Source of the DNA: Octopus sinensis
Lineage: Eukaryota
Assembly: GCF_006345805.1 (NCBI RefSeq)
Contig: NC_042998.1
Coordinates: 9,920,001 to 9,984,000, forward strand
DNA length: 64,000 bases
Direction: 5' to 3'
Shown piece after piece: positions 27,568 to 37,886 of the stretch. The translations under genes and the position numbers were made by a program. The notes under the pieces are model-generated. The model did not search any database. It was not told the origin of the DNA and worked only from the letters and a program-made list of their open reading frames with translations. Each line of letters begins with the position of its first letter. Position 1 is the first letter of the stretch.

Positions 27568-28033
27568 TTCCCTTCTTATATATTCTCATCAATAATCTTT
27601 TACTGTATTTCTCACTCAAAACTTTTTTGCAAGCCTAAGTCTTTAGTTATTACAATATAACAATATATAATTGGTGTTAAACTAAGTCTTTGAAAACTGT
27701 TCAGCTAGACATATTATCCCAACACTGATTTACTGATGATCACATGTTCTAGTCACTTAATGCGTTGTGATACTAATAATTTGCTCATGTGATCAGTTGT
27801 AACCATATACTATGGTTTATGATCAGTTGTAACCATATACTATGTTGTTCACTTATCCCCACCCCCGTGTAAGATGTTAATTTGTTTTCCAAATTGAGTC
27901 CTTATCTTTATTGTTATTCTCTCTCCCCAAATGTCTAAGTCATGAGTAATGATGATGCCTGAAGCCCGTTTTATTCCCTTTTTTGTTTTTTTTCAGCGTC
28001 TCATGATATTTAACCTACAAATCCAGACTCTGG

Positions 28034-28833
28034 TCACTTGGCAAACTCCTCATTCATAACAAGTTCTTCTTCTACATAGGAATCGTCTTCAAAGAATGGA
28101 TTTTCATTTTCAAGAAGAACAATCAACTCTTGAGCAACTGTCGCTATGGAGAGATTCAGCTGACTCCATTTTGTGCTGTCGTCCATTTTCACCGCATTAG
28201 AATTCTCTAAACGTCTCTTTTTGCAAAGAGTCTCTTTTTCTAGGAGACAATTTGCTTCACAGTCAGAGGGAGATAAAGATAATTCTCTTTTCTTTTTTAT
28301 AGTTCTGTTACTATGTGTTTGACTGTTATTATTATTATTATCTTGGCAACAGTTGCCATTTAAACTGTCTGATTTGTTTGGATTTGCCTTAGTTTGTATA
28401 GCAGTTGTTGATGTGACAGTCATTTGTGGAGACGTGCTGTCAGCACTGTTATGTTCTGATTTTAAATGTGTGCTTAATGGCAGTTCATTGTTTGAAGAAC
28501 TAGTGTCTGGAGAAGATTTTGGAGATATTTTATTTAAATCTTCACTATCATCTGATCTGTCCAAGTTGCCAAATTCACTGTCAATCAAAGACTGAATGTC
28601 CATACGGAGTTGATGCTGTTCCAGGTGTTGTTGTAATCCAAGAATGAGTGGATCATCTTTAGCAATCTTCTCCACTTCAATCATATACCGCAATGCTTCG
28701 TAACTGCAATCACGGTACCCTAATAGGAAAAGCGATTTCTTGCTCATTTCCTGGTTGTCTTTCACGGGAATTAATGTTGGAATTTCTGGAAGCATATAAC
28801 ATGTTTTGGGTGATACAGGTGATGAAGATTTAC
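28034..28833 (-). CDS. Terminal coding exon with Hairy/Orange-like domain (Hey/cwo/HES-related bHLH-O family candidate)
   Basis: Acceptor TTTTTGTTTCAG|GT (phase 1) at 28834/28833, open for ~266 codons to TGA. LGYRDCSYEALRYMIEVEKIAKDDPLILGLQQHL parallels Hey Orange GFRECL.EVARYL...EG.D..DPLRVRLVSHL. AATAAA at 27975-27970. No bHLH exon identified. Confidence 0.72.
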
Positions 28834-28935
28834 CTGAAACAAAAACAGAACAGAAATAAATAATTAGATAATCTTGCTTGTCTTCAGACAACAAAAATCT
28901 CACAAAGTACACAAGTGGAAACCCGACTTGTGAAA

Positions 28936-28978
<43 letters not shown>

Positions 28979-28995
28979 CTTTTTTCCCTTTCAAT

Positions 28996-29339
28996 AAAAA
29001 GAGAAAAAAAGAAGAAAAACTGAACAACTATGATGATTTGAATTGGGAAATACAAAGGTTGTGGTCAATGAAGAATGGACATGATAGCAATAGTAATTGG
29101 TGCACTTGGAAGTATCAGCACTCAACTATGAACATGGCTCAAAAAGATTGGTACAAATATAAAGGTTGAACACCCACAAAGATCAGCCTTGCCTGGAACT
29201 GCAAGAATTCTTCACAGGGTTCTTGAAGCCTGACCAGTAAACAAGTGTCGCTTTAGTCTTCTGGCTGTGGACAGCTCACACTTTCCTGTATACTCAGCAA
29301 AATAAACTGAGAGTTTTCATCAAATAATAATAATAATAA
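28996..29339 (+). mobile_element. R4/Dong-like RLE-type LINE 3' remnant with (TAA)n tail
   Basis: KEEKLNNYDDLNWEIQRLW / IVIGALG / QRSALPGTARILHRVLEA* matches the EK..KY.DL..E..RLW...V.GALG...GTARI C-terminus; one frameshift and one stop. Confidence 0.75.
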
Positions 29340-29486
29340 CCATAGAACAGCATAATAGTTGTGATTTTAAAGCTTTGTTTGAAATATTGAATTCCACATT
29401 TACAAGTTTAAATACAACTTATGAGACATTTAGTTGCTTTTTAATACCACTCGTACCCCTTTTATCAAAATACAATGATGTCTTGT

Positions 29487-29790
29487 GAAGGCATGTGGCT
29501 AAGTGGTTAGTGTATCCAGCTTATGGTCACAAGGTCGTGAGTTCAATTCCTGGCAGCACATTGTGTCTCTGAGCAAAGCACTTTATTTCACGTTGCTGCA
29601 GCTGGAAAACAAACCTGACACTAAAAGGGCCAGCCTTGTTGCAATTTGTGTCACGTTGAATCTCCCTGAGAACTACATTAAGGGGACACGTGTTCGTGGA
29701 GTGCTCAGCCACTTGCACGTTAATTTCACGAGCGGGTGTCCAATGATCAGATCAAATGGAACCCTTGCCGTTACAACCGATGGAGTGCCA
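29487..29790 (+). mobile_element. Chimeric SINE: family-D-like head, family-C-like tail
   Basis: 5' half resembles 5819/8367; 3' half (CCCTGAGAACTACATTAAGG...GGAGTGCTCAGCCACTTGCACGTTAATTTC) matches the family C tail. Confidence 0.7.
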
Positions 29791-29969
29791 GTAAGTAATT
29801 AATGAAGTCCTGCACTTCCAACAGCCATTATGGTGAAAAACATGTCTGACTATGGGGAAATATTTATTACCTTGCTTGGAAGCATGTAAATCTGCCTCTG
29901 TGACTTCTGTATGATCAGTGCAAGTATGGAAAAGTAGATATCAAATGATAATGATATATATATATTACA

Positions 29970-30120
29970 CTCATGGAGTGGTTGGCATTAGGAAGGGCAT
30001 CAAGTTGTAGAAACATTGCCAGATCAGACTGGGCCTGGTGCAGCCTTCTGGCTTCCCAGACCCCAGTTGAACCGTCCAACCCATGCCAGCATGGAAAGCG
30101 GACGGTAAACGATGATGATG
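29970..30120 (+). mobile_element. SINE family E 3' part
   Basis: GGCATTAGGAAGGGCATC...CCGTCCAACCCATGCCAGCATGGAAAGCGGACGGTAAACGATGATGATG. Confidence 0.8.
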
Positions 30121-30153
<33 letters not shown>

Positions 30154-30175
30154 CACATATATATATGTATATGTA

Positions 30176-30206
<31 letters not shown>

Positions 30207-30573
30207 GCATGCATACACATGTATTCGTGGCATTTATAAAAGATGAATATACTTCAGACATATTGAATATACAAATACACACAGACAAATGTGTAATGCA
30301 CATCGTCATCATTGATGTCTCTTGAAGTCAGGAATATGGATCTATTTAAGATATGTGTGTGTGTGTGTGTGAATGTAAAGGGGCAGTTGATGTCAGTCTA
30401 GACAAGAATGAAATGCTAACCATTCAGCCATAAATAGAATGGAAATGTCTGCTCATGGCATCAGATCACAAAACATGAAGCAGGCAACGGTTTGCGTTGG
30501 CAGTTGAGACATAAAGGCAAAGCAATAATTAGGTTGTAAAAGGATAGTCGTTATTGCTGATGTTCCCTCACAA

Positions 30574-30604
<31 letters not shown>

Positions 30605-31169
30605 TGCACACAAACACAGCTGGTCGAGAGCACTCTGTTTTGTTTTTGTTGTTTAGCCCCAGGTTAACCCTGACTGAGTAGATCTATGATCAAAGGTATT
30701 CACAACATCTGGACTATAAAGGGATACATCAAGTACCCAATTATTTGATTTAGTTTATGGCTCTTTACCTTTTGGGACCAACTCTGCTTTTTATCCTTTC
30801 CGGGTCAGTAAATAAATTACAGGCCAACTGAATCAATTAAGCCCCTTCTTCCCCACAAATTTCTTATATTGTACTTTTATTAGAGACCATTATTGAATAT
30901 GTCATTTCCTTGTTTAAGATCACAGAGCATGGTGCAGCTGCCATTTCTAGCAAGTCATGCAGCTATGTAGGGATCTAATCGAGATCATTTCGACTTGCAA
31001 TAAGCTGGTTACTCATGCGGAACCACTACATTGATTCAGCGGTACCAGTAACATGGTAAGTACACATATACAGTGATGTCTTAAGGCATGGGTACATAGG
31101 GCAATTGCCTAGAGGGTGTATAATGCTCCTAGGTTGGCCCTGCATATAAACATACATACATACATCCAT

Positions 31170-31478
31170 ATCATCATCATTGTTTAACGTTCGTTTTCCG
31201 TGCAAGCACGGGTTGGACAGTTCGACCAGGGTCTGGGAAGCCAGGAGGCTGCACCAGGCTCCAGTCAGATCTGGCAGTGTTTCTACAGCTGGATGCCCTT
31301 CCTAACGCCAACCACTCCGTGAGTGTAGTGGGTGCTTTTTACGTGCCACTGGCACAGGTGCCAGGGGAGGCTGGCAGCAGCCACGATCGGTTGGTGCTTT
31401 TTACATGCCACTGGCACAGAAGCCAGTCGAGGCGGCGCTGGCATCGGCCACGTTCGGATGGTGCTTTTTACGTGCCAG
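31170..31478 (-). mobile_element. SINE family E
   Basis: (CAT)n tail and three GGTGCTTTTTAC modules. Confidence 0.8.
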
Positions 31479-31573
31479 AGAGAGAGAGAGAGTTGAAATT
31501 TACAGGAAAACAAAGACAGGTGCATGAACAACAAGCAAGTATATTAGTTTGATACTTGGGAAAGTGAGAAAGT

Positions 31574-31609
31574 CTTTTATGTTTCGAGCCTATGCTCTTC
31601 AGCAGAAAG
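31574..31609 (-). ncRNA. Minimal type-I hammerhead-like motif (degenerate) in a dispersed repeat
   Basis: CTTT-CTGCTGA-A-GAGC-ATAG-GCTC-GAA-ACAT-A|AAAG. Confidence 0.55.
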
Positions 31610-31684
31610 GAATATGAGGAAATAAACAGAGAGGGAGTAAAAAAATCTTGTGGATTTAGCGATCAATCATGACAACTGGTGATA

Positions 31685-32072
31685 TCTTTATATATAAAAG
31701 TGAGGTTGTGTGCTGTCTGTCTCCTACGATTTAGATTCCTAACTACTCCCACATTTTGCAGTGCAGTTTAACCAAAACCGGGTATCTTATAGTCGTGATT
31801 CATATCGAGCCCTTCTGGGTCTTAGCGTGCGTCTACGATGAGTCTACGATTTAAAAAAAATTTACAATCAATTTTTCCCATTTTTGGCATATATAAGGGA
31901 AGTAACACTCTAAAAATTTATTATTAAATCTCAGAACGTAAAAAGCTACAGTAACCCCCCCTCTCCTTTGTGGTTAGCCATATTGAGATGGCTATTTATA
32001 CTTTACATCTCTAAAAATGCTTATATAGTTATTTCCCTTACAAACCCGAGCAACGCCGGGCGATACTACTAG
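31685..32072 (+). mobile_element. Non-autonomous Helitron, subfamily a
   Basis: A|TCTTTATATATAAAAGTGAGG ... CCCGAGCAACGCCGGGCGATACTACTAG|T; no TSD. Confidence 0.88.
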
Positions 32073-32659
32073 TATATATATATATATCATCATCAGCGTT
32101 CCATGTCCATTTTCCGTGCTGACATAGGTTAGACAGTTTGACCAGAGCTGATGAGCCAGAGAGCTGCACCAAGCTTCAATTGTCTAGTTTGGTATGGTTT
32201 CTACAGCTGGATGCCCCTCCTAACACCATCCACTTTACAAAATGTATTGGGTGCATTGTATGTGGCACCAACATGAGAACTTTTTACATGGGGTCAGCAC
32301 TGGTTTCCCTTCCATGTAACCCCAGCATGGGTGCTTTTTACATGGTGCCAGCCCAAGTGCTTTTTATGTGACACCAACCACAAGTACTTTTTACTTGGTA
32401 TGTATGAGATTGTAGTCAGTTAACCAAGACAACCACCATTCGGTTAAGTACTCAATACATATAGCACAAGATTGAATTATATCTTTCTTTCAATATTGGC
32501 ATGTATATTATTTGTAGAGATGAATTTGAACTCAGAACGTAACGGCAGACAAAATACCGCTAAGCATTTCGCCCGGCGTGCTAACGTTTCTGCCAGCTCG
32601 CCCTTGCTGCCTTTACACATGTACATACATACATATGTATATATATATATATATATATA

Positions 32660-33072
32660 GGTGCAGGAGTGGCTGTGTGGTAAGTAGCTTGCTTATCAGC
32701 CACATGGTTCCGGGTTTAGTCCCACTGCGTGGCACCTTGGGCAAGTGTCTTCTAGTATAGCTTCAGGCCGACCAAAGCCTTGTGAGTGGATTTGGTAGAC
32801 GGAAACTGAAAGAAGCCTGTCGTATATATGTATATATATATATATATGTGTCTGTGTGCGTTTGTTTGTGTCTGTTTTTGTCCCCCTAGCATTGCTTGAC
32901 AACCGATGCTGGTGTGTTTATGTCCCCGTCACTTAGCGGTTTGGCAAAAGTGACCGATAGAATAAGTACTGGGCTTACAAAGAATAAGTCCAGGGGTCAA
33001 GTTGCTCGATTAAAGGCGGTGCTCCAGCATGGCCGCAGTCAAATGACTGAAACAAGTAAAAGAGTAAAAGAG
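32660..33072 (+). mobile_element. SINE family A
   Basis: Full head to tail. Confidence 0.9.
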
Positions 33073-33459
33073 TATATATGTGTGTGTGTGTATATATATA
33101 TGAACACATTGAGAACATACTTAAATAACTAAGTAAACCACTATTCAGTAACGTATTATTCAGCACCCATTGTACACATGAGACTTTTGTTTCTATGTTG
33201 GCATTGCAAATGAATTTTTCAAGTTACTATTTGAACTGTTAGAAGAAGACACAGCATTGTTTTCCTGGGAAGAGTTTGAATAGGAACACGAAGCAGTCAA
33301 TTCAACTGTAGAATATATATTGCAGATATACTTACACAAGACATACATTAATGCTAATGAACTAATCTGGAGAGTATTCAACATCAGCAGAGACTGAGGA
33401 TAAATCATTTAATCAAATTTCCCTGGGGCATTAGGTAAAATATTGGTACTGTACATATA

Positions 33460-33692
33460 TATTTCCTTATTACCCACAAGGGGCTAAACACAGAGGGGAC
33501 AAACAAGAACAGACAAACGTATTAAGTCGATTACATTGACCCCAGTGCATAACTGGTACTTAATTTATCGACCCCGAAAGGATGAAAGGCAAAGTCGACC
33601 TCGGCGGAATTTGAACTCAGGACGTAACGACAGACGAAATACGGTTACGCATTTCGCCCGGCGTGCTAACGTTTCTGCCAGCTCGCCGCCTT
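33460..33692 (-). mobile_element. SINE family B with TSD
   Basis: 17-bp repeat TTGGTACTGTACATATA at 33443-33459 and 33701-33717. Confidence 0.9.
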
Positions 33693-34056
33693 TTGGCCTT
33701 TTGGTACTGTACATATAGTGCCAACATGCATTCAGCCGTTGAGGCAGTAAAAACAAATGCTGGGTGGATAACTGTTGGCAAAACATGTACTCTGCCAACA
33801 ACAACATTTCGATTCAAATTTCATTGAAGTATACATACTCATGCATGCATGTGTATATATGTATGTATGCTCTAGCATGGCCACAGCCTTTGGGCCGAAA
33901 CATATATAAGAATAAAAGAATATGTGAGTGTGTCTGTGTCTTCCATCACTGCTTGGCAACATGTATTGGTGGGATTTTACATCCCCCGTAAGCAAAAAGG
34001 ACCAAAAGAGTAAGTATCAGACGTTTTAAAAAAAAAAGGAGTGGGGTTGACTCCTT

Positions 34057-34431
34057 CTCTTTTACTCGTTTCAGTCGTTCGACTGCGGCTATGCTGGAGC
34101 ACCGCCTTTAACCGAGCAACTCGACTCCAGCACTTATTCTTTGTAAGCCCAGTATTTATTCTATCGGTCTCTTTTGCCGAACTGCTAAGTCACGGGGACA
34201 TAAACACACCAGCATCGGTTGTCAAGCAATGCTAGGGGGACAAACACAAACACACACATACATATATACGACAGGCTTCTTTCAGTTTCCGTCTACTAAA
34301 TCCACTCACAAGGCTTTGGTCGGCCCGAGGCTATAGTAGAAGACACTTGCCCAAGGTGCCACGCTGTGGGACTGAACCCGGAACCATGTGGTTGGTAAAC
34401 AAGCTACTTACCACACAGCCACTCCTGCGCC
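34057..34431 (-). mobile_element. SINE family A
   Basis: Reverse complement of the 14977 element. Confidence 0.9.
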
Positions 34432-35786
34432 TATTAAAAGTTCAAGGTGGTACCCCTAGCAAGACTGCAGTCTAATGACTGAAACATGTAAAAGAATAAA
34501 TGAACACACACACAACATATTCTCACTTTGCCAAATATTCTTCCTTCTCAGTTGCATAAACAGTTTTGGCCACCACTCTTCTAAACATACTCTTCATCAT
34601 CTGAACCTTACACAGTCTGTTTCCAATAAGGCATTCTCATACCCTGGAACACATATTCGTGTGTATATGTAAGTATACACACACGTAAACTACTACACTA
34701 ATCACTGGAAATTTAAAAATCTAAAACAATGTCTACAAAGACAGGATGGATAGGTAAATGTCGATTGGTGGTGAAAGAATATTGGGATGGTGGTATTGTA
34801 TGTTGGAATTGATAGTGAAGATGCTGGTATGTTGTGTTGGTTGGTGTGACTGAATCAGGCACTTGGAAAAAAAAGATAAAGCTTTAGCGATAGAAGAGCA
34901 TCCAAATGAAAAACAATGTCGGAGTCATCCAACCCATGCTACCGGGCAAAAATGGACATAAAACAAACGAACTAATATGCTTACATATGTGTTTGTGTGT
35001 CTACCTATCTATCTATCTATCTTATATTAAACTTTTAATACCTTTTGATAGTTTAAAATTAAAAAATAAATAAAAATAAAATAAATAAAATAAATAAAAT
35101 AATAATAAAATATATATATATATATATATTTAAAATTCATAAGTTTAATTTATTAATTTAAATAATTTTTTAAAATTTTAACTTTAATTTAAATATTTTA
35201 ATTGGATTTTTATATTTTATATTTTTTATATTTTTTAATTAATTTTATTTTTATGTATTGGATTATGATTTTCACTGTTTGATTTGCCTAATAGTGGTTT
35301 TATCTCTAATTTAATATATATATATATATATATATAGGGAGAGAGAGGTTGCGACTTGCGATAAACCAAGATTCTATCAGACAGTTGTTGTTATTAACAG
35401 AAGTCCAGATATTATGATATCTCGTTTAATGCAATCAACAGATTATTGCCACAGAAAAGTCTTCATCCCAAAGTAACCACAATAAAAAGCTTCCACTGTG
35501 TGTAGATTTGAAACGTAAGGTAAGTTAGACTTTATTTTGATTAACAATTTAGTCCACATTGTGTAAAATAATTATTACACACCAGTTTCTTTTTCCCCCT
35601 TTTTCCCCTCCTCAGCAGCAGACGTGAAATGAATCTAACTAGTTTCTATCCTAATTAGACCTTCCCCGGAGAAAGAATATCCATCTTCTGCTCACAGAAA
35701 TATTAGTAGCTGTAGCTATTAATAGTGTCTTAGACAAGAATCTAGTTACATCAATTCCATTTTTTTCTGTTTATAAAGAGATTAAA

Positions 35787-36181
35787 TCTTTATATATAAA
35801 AGTGAGGTTGTGTGCTGTCTGTTTCCTACGATTTAGATTCCTAACTACTCCTACATTTTGCGGTGCAGTTTAACCAAAACCGGGTATCTTATAGTCGTGA
35901 TTCATATCGAGCCCTTCTGGGTATTAGCGCGCGTCTACGATGAGTCTACGATTAAAAGAAAATTTACCATCAATTTTTCCCATTTTTAATGCATTTTTGG
36001 CATATATAAGGGAAGTAACTCTCTAAAAATTTATTATTAAATCTCAGAACGTAGAAAGCTACAGTAACACCCCCCCTTTGTGGTTAGCCATATTGAGATG
36101 GCTATTATACTTTACATCTCTAAAAATGCTTATATAGTTATTTCCCTTACAAACCCGAGCAACGCCGGGCGATACTGCTAG
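35787..36181 (+). mobile_element. Non-autonomous Helitron, subfamily a
   Basis: A|TC...CTAG|T with subterminal hairpin; near-identical to 31685. Confidence 0.9.
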
Positions 36182-36539
36182 TATGCTATATTTCTACAGT
36201 ATTTGCTTTTCAGAGGGAAATTAAATATTTTTATGCAAATCAAAGAAGGTAAATTTTACTGCACACCGACAGCTTGACGCTGTTTTCACCCAAATCTTTT
36301 ATCCTTTACTTTGTTTCAGTCAACAGACCGCGGCCATGCTGGGGCACCGCCTTGAAGAATTTTTAGCTGAATGAATCGACCCCAGTATCATTTTTTTTTG
36401 TTGCTATGCCTGGTACTTATTCTATTGGCCTCTGCTGAAATGTTAAGTTATGGGGACGTAAACACACCACCGGTTGTCAAGTGGTGGGGGGAGGAGAGAG
36501 GAGACAAACGCGCGCGCACACACATAATATATATAGGTG

Positions 36540-36586
<47 letters not shown>

Positions 36587-37270
36587 AATGCATATATATA
36601 TATATGCATATATATATATGCATATATGTATATATGCATATATGTAGATTATGGTTACGTTGATAACATTTGTTAATAGCAAAAAAAACAACAAAAAACC
36701 CCATTTTTGAAAGGAGTTTCGAATCATTTTCATCCCTTATCAAATTCATTTGCTCATAATTCGTGAAAAAGCGTGTTTTTTAATCACATTTTTGCAGAAA
36801 TACAAATAAATCTGGGAAAAGAAAAGTGAAGAACCCTCAAGTTACAGAAACTGGTGCTAATAAATTTGGAAAGGAGAAGGAAGGGGTAAGAACAATCTGA
36901 AACTCTTTCCAAACTTTTTATTTTTCTAAATTTTATCAATACCCTCAAAAACGTATCGCTGCAAAATTTTATTTAAGAATGAGCTATGAGGAAACAAAGT
37001 CGATAATAGCGCGCCGACTTAAATTTAAAATTAACCCCAAAACACTATTTAGAACCTTATATATATATATATATATATATACATAAAAAAATAAGCAACA
37101 AGAATGAATCCGGTAATTTAGTACAATTGTTTCATACTACAACATTTTATTAAAAGCTGTAAATATTACAGCAGATTTATTTTTTAATTATAATCACCCA
37201 GCATATTTTTATGGGTAACACCATAAAAAATTCTGGTGCATCTAAATTAAGTGCCATATTCATTTGAATC

Positions 37271-37306
<36 letters not shown>

Positions 37307-37382
37307 TAAGGGTAGAAATTGATATTAGTCAATTAAAACCAGTGGTCTAGCATATTAAAAAGAATCCGAAGATTAAAATATT

Positions 37383-37486
37383 TATATATACCAATTAAGG
37401 ACTGAACACGAAAATGACGATTTGACGTCTATATCTAGCATGTTGACTGTCCACTTTTCGTGTTCAGTCCTTAATTGGTATATATA
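37383..37486. mobile_element. Mini inverted-repeat element in (TA)n
   Basis: 32-bp perfect inverted arms TATATATACCAATTAAGGACTGAACACGAAAA with a 40-nt spacer. Confidence 0.65.
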
Positions 37487-37544
<58 letters not shown>

Positions 37545-37874
37545 TATATATACATACATATATGTGTATATAGACGCACTGTCTGTGTATTCTTAAAAGT
37601 CTTTTAATACATATTTCGCTTTCATTCACAGTATCTAGGGCAAGTTAGCCTTGCTGAACCCTACGAGCTAAGCCCACCAATCGCGTTTAAGAGCCCACTG
37701 AAAACTAAACACTACCAATGTCATACCGATGCATTCTTCTCTCTTTTTACTTCACCAAATATCCTTCTCCGTTTCGTAAACAGTCCCGTATATCCCCCAC
37801 CACAACACCCTTTAAAGCTACCTTTAATACTCTCTTCCTCCACCTAATCTCACGCAATCTCTTAAGTTCTCCAT

Positions 37875-37886
37875 TGCGCATGCGCA
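37875..37886. promoter_or_regulatory. NRF-1 (ewg-family) palindrome, candidate promoter
   Basis: Perfect TGCGCATGCGCA in a locally CpG-rich, non-repeat patch. Confidence 0.5.

Noticed and set aside
27980-28060. Strong plus-strand acceptor TTTTTTTCAG|CG
   Set aside because: All three frames stop within ~21 codons; no partner exons.
33193-33330. Candidate internal exon of the Orange gene (ELTASCSYSNSSQENN...)
   Set aside because: The acceptor is plausible, but the frame hits TAG and the only earlier donor is weak; kept out of the features.
37115-37165. Possible hammerhead remnant (GAAACAATTGTA on the minus strand)
   Set aside because: Palindromic stem III is present but CUGANGA is unrecognisable.
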